In this document: positions 12,715 to 25,009 of the stretch, in pieces | Position numbering within the stretch: the stretch's first letter is position 1 | How the letters are laid out: every line of letters begins with the position of its first letter | Assembly (NCBI RefSeq): GCF_009834535.1 | Contig: NC_045696.1 | Location: 6,636,001-6,700,000, forward strand | DNA from: Camelus ferus | Taxonomy: Eukaryota | Length of the DNA: 64,000 bases | Direction of reading: 5' to 3' | The notes under the pieces: generated by a model | Database searches by the model: none | The model's input: the letters and a program-made list of their open reading frames with translations, nothing else | Told to the model about the DNA's origin: nothing | Program-made: the position numbers and the translations under genes

Positions 12715-13884
12715 CATTTTGCTTAAATGTTGCTTGAAAACTTCAGTTGCCTGAAAAGAAGATGGTTTATTTAACTGAGACAATTTCTCTGTATCTCCTT
12801 GCAAGCATTTTGTTAGCAATTGAGATAAAGGGATGGTGGGTCACCAAGGCTGCAGCCTGACTCTCCAGGAACATCTGACGCCCGTGCACTTGCTCCACTG
12901 ATTTCTTGTTTCAAATAGAAACAAGAAAATTAAAATTCTTTATTAAGCTGGGCAATCAGAAACATCAAAGAACAAAGACAGTTATTCCCAAGTCAATATG
13001 TAAAGAAGTTCAACAACAAAATATAGTTTGGATAGTCAAGAAAAGCTGTGAAAGACTTTGAAATGGGCAAAGAGATGGCTGAGTCTCCTACTAGACGCCC
13101 GTCTGGACTGGCTCTGCCTTTCAGTGTTTCTGAGCTATTTCACAGCTCCCTAAGGTGTAGAAAACCAATGTGATGCAACAGATTTTTGTCTATAGAAACT
13201 CAAATGAATTGTGTCCAGTGGAGGCACAGTTAATTATTGCTCTGGGAATATTAGCCAGGTTTGCTTTTACTTGGCTTATTCAGAGTTAAAATTATAATTG
13301 CTAGAAAACAGTTTAATCTAAGATTCTAAATTTACCAGCATTGTATTCTCTTGTCACATAAAAAATACTTACTGTCCCCTGTAGTTATATATCTTCTTTT
13401 ATTCTTAATATTGCTTCTTTATGTTCTTTTTTTTAATATCTGGAAATTCTCACCCAGGGTTTGTCCATTTTATGTATCTTTTCAAAAAAAGCTACTTTCA
13501 GTTTTCTTGACATTTGTCTTCTTTATTTTTATTTGTCTTGCCTTGATCAGAGGTAGTCTTTTGTACCTTGTCTGTGACATAGAATATAAGAGAATATCTC
13601 TATGCTCATGAAAATATTTTCTACTTGGAAAAGCTTCATTATGCAGACATGATACAAGCCCAAGGTCAACAAATATTTTAAAAGGCTTCCTTTTATTTTG
13701 ATTAATATTTGAGTACAGGTTGATGAAAATTACACATTCAGCAAGTGATGGTTTCAACAGGGCTTGAATTACTTGAGAAAGGTCATGTGAAACAAGGTAA
13801 ATAGTAAAATCAGGTGGGTATTATATGAAACCCACCTGATTATATGTATGAAAACATACATATTATGATGATATAAATAATCAT

Positions 13885-14105
13885 TTCTGAATTCATTTAT
13901 TCAACATTCATACCACAAGCATTTATGGAAAACAGTCAGGATGCTGGAGGTTCACTGGTAAATAATACCAAACAGTCCCTGCCCTACTCAAGTTCGCATT
14001 TTAGTGAGGGAGACAGGTAATAAAGAAGAAAATAGAAATGTATAAAGTAATTTCAGATAGAGATAGGAGTTTTGAAAAAAATAAATCAGGTTAAAAGGAT
14101 AAGGG
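13885..14105 (-). mobile_element. L2 3' end fragment
   Basis: attcatttattcaaca...aaacagtccctgccctactcaagttcgcattttagtgagggagacag. Confidence 0.7.
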
Positions 14106-15589
14106 AAAAGTTGGTTTAAATTCTGTCCTGATATTGATGGCTATCTAGTAACCAATATACTTTTACATATTTATGGACTTTAAAAAGCATGCCTAGAGAG
14201 TCAATGAATAGAGTAGTGGTGGAGAAGAAAGTTGAAATAATTGTAAAAGTATATGGGCTTTTTATAGCCTGGTTCAATGGTAGAAGACCAATAGTCTTCT
14301 CCACTTGATTTTAAGGCAAGCAAACCAAATAGACATCATTATTGAAGAGCAGCCAACTTATCTACTTTGCAAAATATATTGAGAGTTTCAACTAAATACC
14401 TGATGGTATCATGAGTTAAAGGGGAAAAAAAAAGCCACAGAAGTATAATTTTCATTGGTGTTATGGCAATTTCAACGGTCATGTGATATTTCCATCCACT
14501 GCCCTGGACTCTTATCTCTCCCGTGAATATTAGTTTCCATTTATCTTAGTGCTCTGTGCAACCAGTACATCTTCAGTAGAGTCTCACCTAGTTCCCCACC
14601 TCCCTGCCCAGCAAGGGCTGTCATTACCCCATTCCCCTGGTGGGGACATGGAGGGTCAGAGCCCCAGCCAAGATCGGTGGCTGAGCACATGAAGGCCTCT
14701 GAAAGACTGCGTCGGCCAACAGCGCTATAATTTGGGTGATGCTTAGTTGATCTACTTTCATCTTTGTTCTGAGGCCCCAGCAGAAGGGCATCAGCTCTAA
14801 GCTGGAGTGATTTCTGCTAAAATTAGTCCTGGAGGCCCCAGTCCACCCAACTCCTCTCCTCCCTTTTTCTTCTTTACTCTTCTGATTTTGGCAGAGAGAA
14901 ATATTCTAAAAGTAGTGCTGGGGTCAGTGTAATGTACTAATGAAATCAATAATACAGGGAATATACGAATCTAGTTAAACTTTGCCTTTTTTAGTATGAA
15001 CTCATGAATTCTGTGTTCATAATTTCAAAATACATTTGGCCTAAATTCTCTGCTTTTCCTTACGGGATATTAAGCTAGACCTCAACTGACAAAACAGAAT
15101 TGGAGACATAAGGTGTTACTTGTTAGTTTAGTTAAATAAATGAAGCCAGCTTTTCCAAAATTATGTGGGTAATTAAGAAAGTCTTCTATTGTAAATGGAT
15201 TATTCAATTAATTGTGCCAATTATTTCACAAACTTTGATTGCAAATGTCCAGTCCTAACGAGCTACTATCACTTCTTTGTGATCTCAACTCAAATTTAGT
15301 AACAGTAACACCAAACTGACATCCATATTGGAAATAAAGAAAGTGAGACATGTTTTGAGGAATCATGTATTTTTATTTAAGTTACAAATCTTAGAACTAC
15401 ATCAAGCTCAATGAATAACAAGACAGGAATTTCTCCTCTAAAGCAGTTAAGAAGATGAAATACAAAAAAGAAAAGGACTAAAAATTAAAAGAGAGGCCTA
15501 ACCTTACCAAGAAAACATTGTCTCATAACCCATAAGTCATTTAACTTCCATATCTCTCAGTTTAGGTCATATGACTCTCAAAAGAATAA

Positions 15590-15795
15590 GTGGATGAAAG
15601 GATAGATGGATGGATAGATGATGAATGATGGATGGATGCAAAGATGAAGGGGTAGGTGGATGGATGGATAGATGGATGGATGAAAGGATGGATAAATGGA
15701 TGGAAGGATGGTTGGAAAGATGGATGGTTGGAAGGAAGAAGAGATAGGTGGATGGATGGATGGATGGAGTACAAATAGATGAATGGATGAGTGAA
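15590..15795. repeat. Degenerate (GGAT)n tetranucleotide repeat
   Basis: ggatggatggatagatggatggatgaaaggatgg...; accounts for the IHPS-repeat ORFs at 15562-15863. Confidence 0.9.
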
Positions 15796-16310
15796 TCATT
15801 TAGACTGAATTTCTGATTTCGAATCATTAAAGATGATCTAATGATTTTTGCCAGTTTCTTCATCCCGCATACCTCTAAATTTCTGAATGTATTTTCTGAG
15901 TATCTACCTGAACCCTGATTGTGACCCTGACTTACAAGAAAAGATTAAACATTCTCTGCCTTACAGAAATCAATAATCCAAATGCAGAAGCAAGTTAAAC
16001 CACATAAATCAAACTATAAAAATGGGAATCAAGTGAAAAATTACAGGACATAGACCTGGAGTGCTATAGGCATTCAAGGAATGGGAAAGTCTGTCCTTCA
16101 ATTCAATATACTCCTGAACCAGCAGGACAGGGAGAAGGCAGAGCAGATCAGAACCGGAGTGAGTGGGCTGGACCTTCAAAACAGAAGGAGAGTTGAGGTC
16201 AGAATGGGATTGGTAGGGAAGCTCAGGGTTTTGAGCCCCTCTGGGTGTCAGTCAGTTCAGTAGGCATTAAACCACTGCCCACCATCCTGACAAACATTCA
16301 AGCTTGGTGC

Positions 16311-16746
16311 CTCGATGGTTGGTTTTACGTGTCAACTTGGCAAAGCTATAGCACCCAGTTATTTAACCAAATACTCATCTGAGTGTTACTGTGAAGGTAT
16401 TTTTAAATGTAGTTAACATCTGAGGTCACTTGATTTTAAGTATAGGAGATTCTCCTTGATAAAACGCAGGGGCTTAGTCCAATCAGTTGAAGCCCTTAAA
16501 GGCCAAAACTGAAGTTTCCTAAAGAACAAGAAATTCTTCTTCAGGACTGCAGCACGAGCTCCTGCCTGAGTTTCCAACCTGCCCACCTGAACTCCAGGCT
16601 TTGGACTTGCTAGCCCCACATTGAATAGACAATTTTTTAAAAAATAAACCTCTTTAAAACTTTTAAAAATAAAATTGAAAAATATCTATCTATCTATCAA
16701 TCATCTCCTATTTGTTCTGTTTCTCTGGAGAACCCTGACTGATTCA
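16311..16746 (+). mobile_element. MLT2D-like (ERVL) solo LTR
   Basis: Starts gatggttggttttacgtgtcaacttgg, contains gtccaatcagttgaagcccttaa and ends ttctgtttctctggagaaccctgactgattca. Confidence 0.85.
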
Positions 16747-18440
16747 ATGCCTTATTTCAGTATAAACAGGTTTCCCATTGGTGTGGGATACAGGTACAAG
16801 CCCGGGTGTCTGTTGTGGCTCCTGGGTGTCTGGTGATTTTTACGACAATTTTTATGTACACTTTTAGGACAGTACAGGAAGTTTGGTGATGATCTGCTGG
16901 GGTTCTGAAATTAGGCAGAGGACGTAAAATGATTGGAAACAATCCTACATGCATGATCCCTCAGGGATGCTTTCTGGCTTCTAATAAACAAAATCTTTGG
17001 CAAATGGACAGATTCACCAACCTGCCTGCGTTCCCAGCGTGATTATGTTCATGGGAAACGAAGAGGCACAAACCCCCCTCCAGCGCTTTCCACCCTGCTC
17101 TTTCTATGCTGTAATTAAAGCTTTCCAGTATCAGGGACTTAAACACTTGAAAGACTTTCTTAAGGGAAGGCAAGACATGTAAAGCATTTCAATTTTAATT
17201 AAAATGAAAAGGACCTCATTACAAAAGTGACTAAACTACGGTGCTGATAATTATCAATTCAGAAGAGGGAAAATGGTAATTCCTAGTTAGGGCATAAGTA
17301 CCAGTTCACCCCCTTATTTAATCCATCACATTTTAATTTCCTTCTTGTTTATGTAATTGAGGGATAGCTGCCAGATTGGGGATTAGAGATCTGCAGACTT
17401 CTGCTTTGAAAAGAGGAGGCTTCCTTCTTAACTGTCACATAAGCAATTACAGCCTCTGAACCGGGCTCTCGCGGATAGAGCCTTCTACTCTCCACTTACT
17501 CATCCTGCCAAAAATAAGGAGGTTCATCAACCTCCTACTGTTAGGAAATGGAGCTTATCGCGGAGAAGCCTGGAATGCGTTCCGTCTGTGATCCTGAGAA
17601 TGAAGGGTCGCTTTTCTCCTAAGGTGAGCTCTACTCCAGGAGCCCACGGTGTCAGATGACATGCAATGACTTCATCCTTCTCTAAATCATCCCCTGTAGC
17701 TTGGTCCCCCTCCCCACCTGCCAGTATGAGAGAGGCTTAGAAATATAGATGGTCTCTAAATAATAATGTTCTAGATGGTCTCTAAATAATAATATCCAAT
17801 GGTGTAGCAGTCAGATGTTGCCAAGTAATGAGCATGACCTTTGGATTTATTTTAGTCTGGTGCTGGATTAGAGACTTCAGGACTTCTTCTGAGAGGAGGC
17901 TAGGACCAGTTGTGAAATTCTACTGTCTTTCTATGCTGGAGTACAATAGAACTACCCTGAAAAATCATTTTAAGTCGCCAGCCTCTAGTGTTCCCAGAGG
18001 CCATAAGATTTGATAGCTAACGGTGTCTTTAACGTTTGCATTATCTTTTGCGATATTGAGATAATTAATGATGCCATATGTGAGCTCGATCAAGTTTTGG
18101 AGATATTTAAAATGAAAACATAACTTTTTTTTCTTTTCTTCCTCTCTTTCCTTGCTTCTAAAAGGTAGTATCTTTCAGAGTAAAACTTGACCACCATTTA
18201 AACATCCTTAGTCACAGATTAATCACAGTTCCTACAAAATGTTAGAAAGATAGACTGAAGGTGGTGGGGTTCAGACAACAAAACACAACACAACTTCTCT
18301 GTTCTGCACTAACAAGAACATGAAATTCTTCTGAAATTAACTTTCAGATCATGACCCCTCAGCCATTCAGGACAAAATGGGGCTCAAAGGTTAGTGGTGG
18401 GTTATCATCAAAGAGAAGTATGATTTCTCCTTCCTTAGAG

Positions 18441-18665
18441 CAGGGCTTCTCAGTCTCCACTCCTGACACCTGGGGCCAGGTTAGTTCTGGTGCGGGGGAC
18501 TGTCCTGCGTGTTGTATGGTGCCCAGCAGCACTCCTGGTTTTTACCCCCTAGATGTCAGTATGACCCTCCACAGTAGGGACAATCAAATATATCCCCAGA
18601 CTCTGCCAAATGTCCCCTGGAAATGGGAGGGGAGTGTCAAAATCAGCCCTGGGTTAGGACTGCTG
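18441..18665 (-). mobile_element. MER20 hAT-Charlie MITE
   Basis: cagggcttctcag...ccagactctgccaaatgtcccctgg...; degenerate 8-bp TSD ccttagag/ccctagaa. Confidence 0.85.
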
Positions 18666-19566
18666 CCCTAGAATAATGTGGCCTCAGGTTGAACATATTC
18701 AAAAGACTTAGATCAGGTATAGCCTTTTGAATTCCAAATACAATGTGTAATTAAAGTTGAAATACACTATTCAAATCCCCACATATTCCTTTGTTGCTCT
18801 CTTTTTAAGGTATTTGCAAATAAATGATCATATTTATAACTGTTATAAAAATCATTCTGAAAGAGTAATATTGACAGCATTTGCCTCTGAAACAAAGACA
18901 TAAAGTTTGAATTCTTTTGTTGAGAGTACAAATGATGAGTGTGTTTACATTTCCTTCTCAGGAGATGAGGAAGGAAATGTCCTCAATAAAATGAGCATAA
19001 AATAAAATTAGTCCCCATACAAATAAATGAACCACCTCCTGTTGCCAGTTTTCTATATAACTCTACCTAGAGTTATATATGATTGTCAATCATTTGCTCC
19101 CTTTTTGAGGACAAATTCATCACTTCTCCCACAAATTTTTTCTGGCTGCAGTGTTATGCGGTATTACCAGATGTTGCTAACTACAGCCAAAACGGAGAAT
19201 TCGTCTCTCAATGTGTCTAGATGGTTCTCACTGGAATGTATGATAGTTTGTAGGGTTTTAACACAGTTCGGTAAAGGGAGATGCTACACCCCACAAAGGA
19301 AAGTTCTCACTTCATAAACCATCACAAACCATAGCATCTGGATATATAAACTTATACTTTAAGCCTTAAAAAATTTGTCTGCTGGTTTATAAAACTCCAG
19401 TTGCCCACACCTCTCATCTGTAGAACTTGGGGGTTTTATGACCCTGCAGTGGGGAAGGCATTCATAAGATTACACGGGGTGAGGGGTGTCATTTCAATAA
19501 GAAAAGGTGAAAAAGAGCTTCAAATCCCCGCTCTAAGTTTCCATTCCAGCACCCCCCAACACAAAG

Positions 19567-19593
19567 ACACACACACACACACACACACACACA
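19567..19593. repeat. (AC)n microsatellite
   Basis: Perfect AC run read directly. Confidence 0.95.
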
Positions 19594-20179
19594 TTAGCAC
19601 ATCTATGTCCACCTACGTCACCTATTTCCCGAGAAGATGCTGTGAACAAGGACAGGTGAACTTATTACTGTTACCATTCAAACGTGATTCCCCAGGGCAC
19701 CATGAACCATGGCCCCTGTGTAAGCATCTTGGCAGAGTCTTTCTGGGCACACACTGGAGGACAGCTCTGTCCTGCTGGGATCTGGCGTCTCCCCATGTGT
19801 ATCCTAGACAGAACATCAGGCAGACACCTGAGCCACACAGAGACACCACAGACATTACATCTGGCCTTCATTTTCTCCCAACAGCAAGGTCAGCATTTCA
19901 ACCCAACCATCTGGTGAATCTGGTTCAGGTGAAACCTGCTGAGGCCCCCTGTGCCTGGGAATTGAGCCAGAGGAGGCCCACATTCTGTCTTCCTGGCATG
20001 GCTTTAAGTCAAAGGTACAGTTTCCTAGCCTAATGGAACTGTAGGAAACTGAAACTTGCCAGCTCAAACTCTTCACATCAAAGGCAAGGGAACTGAGACT
20101 GGGGACATCTCAGGGATCTGTTCAGTGTCCTGGGTTGACAAATCCAGAGCAGTCGGTTGTACTGAGAACCAAGACATCG

Positions 20180-20620
20180 GAGTTTATTGAGCACCATTGT
20201 ACAAGGCAATGTTCTGAAAACTGCCGGACATACAAAGTATAAATCACGGACTTGCCCAAAGAGCTTACAGCAATCCTGAAAAAAAAAAAAAATAACTACA
20301 AAGAAAAAATGCAAAGAGATCAAAACAATAATTGAAGAAGTAACTCAGGAAGTGCTCAGTTATGCCAAGGTGAATGATTTGTAAGTCATTAATTTCTGTT
20401 CAGTGCTAGTTCAGATCGGTTTTGGCTGAGGTGCTTGGGAGAAGTTATAAGAGGTGAAAGTAGATTTAAACTGGACTTTGAAGGATGAACAGGTTTGGAC
20501 CAGGTTCAGAGGGAAAGAGAGAGAGCTCCGGACAAGTAAACAGCAAGGCAGGCCCAGGAAATGCCAGTAGCCCAGTGTGCCGAGGTGGAGGTATGGGCAA
20601 GTAAGGAAGAAGACTTGCTA
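20180..20620 (-). mobile_element. L2 fragments
   Basis: gtttattgagcacc...ttgcccaaagagcttacag and ctggactttgaaggatgaacagg. Confidence 0.6.
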
Positions 20621-21066
20621 GGGAGCAGAATGTCTTGGGTTCAAATTCCGTGGCTGGACTTGACCAGCTCAGTGCCTCGGCCCCGCAGAGCCTCATCTTC
20701 CTCCCCATAAGGGCAGGTCGTGGTCTTCAAGGGCCACAAAGCAGAGGGGGCTCCGTGAGATTGCACATATGTCACCCAGGTGGCAGGAGAAGCCTCCCTG
20801 TGCTTGGAATCCCTTACTCCATGCCTGAGGGTAGACCTGTGATCCGTGACCACCTCAAGATTCCTGCCACTATCCAGTGGTTTATATGATCGTCATCACT
20901 TTCCAGTCTCAGACTCCTCTCTCCAAATTCTTGTCCCCGTCCCATGGCTGAGTTCTCTTTGATGGGCAGTGAACCATTAACATGCAGGATGCCACAGTGA
21001 TCAACCAGGGGAGAACACAGGGCGCTTAGAAACAAGAACTATTTGAGGGTTAGTGCACAGACTGGG

Positions 21067-21527
21067 CATATTGGTTTCCAAGGTCTGCCTTAACAAATTA
21101 CCACAAGCTAGATAGCTTGAAACAACAAAAATACATTATCTTATAGTTCTGGAGGCTGGAGGTCCTCAGTTAACATGGCCGAAGTGTTGGTTCCTCCTGG
21201 AGGCTCTGAGGGAAAATCTGTTAAATGTCTCTCTTCTATCCTCCGGTAGTTACTGACAATCGTTGGTATCTCTTGGTTTGTAGAGACATCACTGCCATCT
21301 CTAGCTCTGTTGTCACATGGCCCTCTCCCTGTTTGTCTCTGTGTCGAAATTTCCCTTTTCTTATAATGATACCAGTCATCGGATTGGGTCCCACCCTAAT
21401 CCTGTAGGACCTCATTTTAACTTCATTGCATCTTCAAAGATCCTACTTCCAAATAAGGTCCATTCACAAAGATGGAGGGTTAGGACTGGAACACATCTTT
21501 TTGGTGGACACAGTCCCACCTACAACC
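21067..21527 (-). mobile_element. MaLR solo LTR (MLT1B/C-like)
   Basis: ctgccttaacaaattaccacaagc...atagttctggaggctgg...cttccaaataaggtc...ggttaggactggaacacatctttt. Confidence 0.85.
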
Positions 21528-22203
21528 CTGGGTGTGACCTGATGAAAGTCTGGAATGAGGATCGTCCGTGAGAAAGGAAAGAGAGCAGGAGAGGAAAAGG
21601 CATTCCGCGGGCAGAATCAATTGAACCTCTAAACGTGGCTTTGAGGAATGGGAAGGAGAAAATGATGTCAGTTTTGAGCATTGTGTGTTTATAAGTGAGA
21701 AGAAAACTGCATACTACTTGGCAAATGTCCGATAACTTTCGCAGAAGCCGGTGTAGATCTAAGTTCCATGAGTAGAGGTGCCACACCTTCTTATTTCATC
21801 CTCAGTGTGAGGCTTTCAATAAACTGTGAGCAGAAAAGAGCAGAAGTAAGTGAGGAAAGCGAGGACCAAGTGAGGTAACAAAGGGAGCGAGAGTGAGGAT
21901 GGGAGAAAGGTGGGGACTGAGAAGGGGAAACCATTCCTGGAGAAGGTAAGTCTCCAGTGTCAGCCATGCTGAACCCAGAGTCTTCTGCTCTAGAATCTGA
22001 TGGAAATCTGTTACTAGATCTCAGGCCGATGTTTCATATTTATTTGGCAAACAAATGAAATAAACACTGACAGAGCTCAGATGTGGAGGCAGAAAGGTAA
22101 AAACCAGTTTGGGAGTTATTTTTCTCAACTACTAACCCTTCCCCTCCCCTGGAAAAGGATGAAATGAGATCTTCACTCAAGAAGAACCCTTGGGGTTTCT
22201 TAC

Positions 22204-22351
22204 CTGGAGACGTGCCCCTGACTCAGATTTACAGAGTGTGACAGAGCAGGTGAAATGAACTGGAGCGTCGTGGCATTTCAGCCCTCTGCAGATCCTACAC
22301 GTCATACAGATGCTGTGAAGAGACCCACCTTGCCATTCTGCCTCCCCAGGT
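22204..22351 (-). other. Candidate 148-nt spliced exon
   Basis: Minus strand reads taactcacagtgactttattacttctgtgtctcAG|ACCTGG...TCTCCAG|GTAAGA. One frame is open (PGEAEWQGGSLHSICMTCRICRGLKCHD...) but resembles no protein I recognise. Confidence 0.3.
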
Positions 22352-22706
22352 CTGAGACACAGAAGTAATAAAGTCACTGTGAGTTATTTATTTTTATTGC
22401 CGCAGATGAAATTGGATGGCAAGTATGCTTAGAGAATGTAGGCCTTATTCGTGACTAATTGCATTCAGACTCATCAAAGAGCAAACAACACCCAGAAAAC
22501 AAAGAAGAGGAAGGAGGCGCACCATTTCACAAAGGAGATGCTACTGGCCGCGCTCACATCCAGTGTCTGGGCGCCACGTCTTCTTACCACCTGGCAAAGA
22601 CACGTGTGTGGGGATGCTGGGGGGCTGGACCAAGCCTGCTGTGGAGAGTGAGCGGACTTCTCTTCCAGTTCCTAAAGCGTTCCACGGCATAGGAGCTTGC
22701 ACATTC

Positions 22707-22732
22707 TTTTTTTTTTTTTTTTTTTTTTTTTT
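22707..22732. repeat. Poly(T) tract
   Basis: Uninterrupted T run of about 26 nt. Confidence 0.95.
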
Positions 22733-22784
22733 CTTCCATAACAATACAAACTAAAGCAACACCACCGGAGGGTCTCTGCGGCGC

Positions 22785-22838
22785 TGTCCCCTAGAGGGCG
22801 CCAGCATGCGGACCAACACCCCCACCGACAGGGGGAGC
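22785..22838 (+). promoter_or_regulatory. CTCF-like binding site with a weaker second site
   Basis: tgtCCCCTAGAGGGCGCca (22785-22803) nearly matches the core CCASYAGRKGGCRS; CCGACAGGGGGAGC (22825-22838) lies in the same orientation; locally CpG-rich. Confidence 0.65.
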
Positions 22839-23704
22839 CCTCCAACGCAGGAGCGGGTGGAGGATGACTTGAATTACTCACTCAACCCTCATCTGGAGAT
22901 CTGGAATCACCACTCTCCCTGGCACGGGAGCTGCAACTTTCCAGAAATGACCAAGAAATTGTAGAGGCTCACGCCAGTTGATTAATATTCAGCAAATGAA
23001 AAAAGCAGCAGCTGTTGAAAGCTTATAGACAAAACGCTGTGGATAATTGTGGGGAATCAAATAAAGACGAAACCTTCCCTCCAGAAGCTCAAAGTCTAGA
23101 AGGAAAATAAAATATACGTGCATTGCAGGTGGGAAGGGGCATAGAGAAACACAAGTTAAGGGCTGTAGAAGGGTCCTCTCCATGCGTGCCTGTCTCCCTC
23201 GTCTCTTCTGAGCCATGAACTCATTGTTTGATACGTTAACAATGAGGTCAGGAGGGAGCCTGCTTCCTAGTTAACATATGCGGGAAACTATTATCTCTAA
23301 AGAAACCACTGTAAAACTGGTTTGTGATTTTTTTTTTTTTTAAGTTGTGTTCATTGCTGGGCTCATTCACCTAGAAGAGGACCTGGTACCTAGTGGACCC
23401 TCAGTGATACTGGTTGAGATGAATTCATCCGTTCTTTAAAATGTTCAATGGAAAAGGAGTTTGTCATCTGGAAGTAGAAGCAGCAGTTGTAAAACCGGGT
23501 TGCAACCTCCTCAAAGTTGAAAACATTTAGCAGCTTTAATTGAATTTGAAATTTTACTCCTGTCTCTATCCCTGGAAAAATGAATGATGTGAGCACTTTT
23601 TCTAATTTGATAAAGACTGCCATGATAGATTTGTAACCACGGATAAGAGTGTTCCATATTTAAAATATATATATATATATAACAGACAAACAAACAAACA
23701 AACA

Positions 23705-24395
23705 AGACAGAAAATAACAAGGGTTGGCAAAGATACGGAGAAAGTGGAGCCCTTGTGCACTGCTGGTGTGAATGTAAAACGGTGCAGCTGCTAAGGAAAA
23801 CAGCATGGCCATTCCTCAGAAATTACACACACAATTACCATGTGACCCAGGATTCCATCTCTGGATAAATCCTCGAAAGAACTGAAAACAGAGTTTCAAA
23901 AAGATTTTTGTGCACCCTTGTCCATGAGAACATCACTCATGATAAACAAAAGGTGGAAACAACCCAAATGTCCACTGATGGATGAACAGACGCACCAAAT
24001 GCACACACATACACACAATGGAACATTATTCAGCCTTGCAAGGGAAGAACATTCTGGCACGTGTGACAACACGGATGAATCTCGAAGAATTACGGTAAGC
24101 AAAATAAGCCAGTCCAAAAAGGACCAATGCTGTATGATTCCACTTACATGGGGCACCTGGAGTAGTCAAATTCACAGAAACAGAAAGTAGAATTGTGTTG
24201 CCAGGGGCTGGGAAGGAAGGAATGGGAGTTAGTGTTTAATGGGTACTGAGTTTCAGTTTAGGGAGATGAGAAAGATCTGGAGATGGATGGTTGTTGCAAA
24301 ACAACGGGAATGTACTTAATGTCGCAGAATGGTACACTTAAAGGTGGTTAAAATGATAAATCTGTTATCTATATTTTTTACCACAATTTAAAAAG
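23705..24395 (+). mobile_element. L1MB-like LINE 3' end
   Basis: aaaataacaagggttggcaaagat...ggaaacaacccaaatgtccactgatggatgaa...gagttagtgtttaatgggtac...ttttaccacaatttaaaa. Confidence 0.9.
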
Positions 24396-25009
24396 ATTAA
24401 ATTTTAAGAGTGATGTTCCCTAATATATTAAACCGAGATATAACAGACGCAGCCACTGGCACCTGCTCCTCTCCTCCCACTCAGTGAAAAGGAAGAAAAA
24501 AAGCAAAATTAACATCAATAGTTGGAATTATGAATAAATCTAGGTTGTGAGACAAAAATAAGAGCAGATAAAAGTAGCCAGTCTTAAGGAAGCTATGAGA
24601 CAGAAACTTCTAAGTCTTACATTAAACGAAAAGCTTCAATTTAACTGACAGCAAAAAGGAAACCAGAGTTAATGAGAGATGTAAACAGCTCATGTTGCAG
24701 TTAAATAACAGTTAGATAAACTGCTGAGTCAGAGCTCATTGCTCTAATCTGAGCTCCCAGTTCTAGGAACCGGGAACAACATGAGGTTACACGGGTTTTC
24801 AAAAAGTGTGTGTGTATGTGGTTTTTTTTTGCTTGGTGCAGGGAGTGGGAAGAACAGATATGAAAGCTTGTACTTAATATTTCTGAACCTGTAAGTCATG
24901 TCTTCTTTAAAAAAGTTGGAACCAGCTCTGATTGAACTTTAGGGTCAGTAAGCTTTATTAAGGGCGATCGAATGTCATGAGGAGATTCACAATCTTGATC
25001 CAGGAGGAA

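Noticed and set aside
15562..15863. Three overlapping IHPS-rich ORFs
   Set aside because: Translations of the (GGAT)n repeat
19401..20033. Longest ORF in the track (210 aa)
   Set aside because: Starts at TTG, runs through an (AC)n microsatellite (THTHTH) and shows no recognisable domain; consistent with chance
21940..21952. Isolated perfect plus-strand splice donors (also near 26735, 54116 and 61348)
   Set aside because: No convincing chain of acceptors or reading frames; expected by chance at this window size
22300..22349. Minus-strand LGRQNGKVGLFTASV, resembling an SH3 C-terminal motif
   Set aside because: Lacks the conserved P and Y residues, hits a stop immediately and has no upstream SH3 sequence
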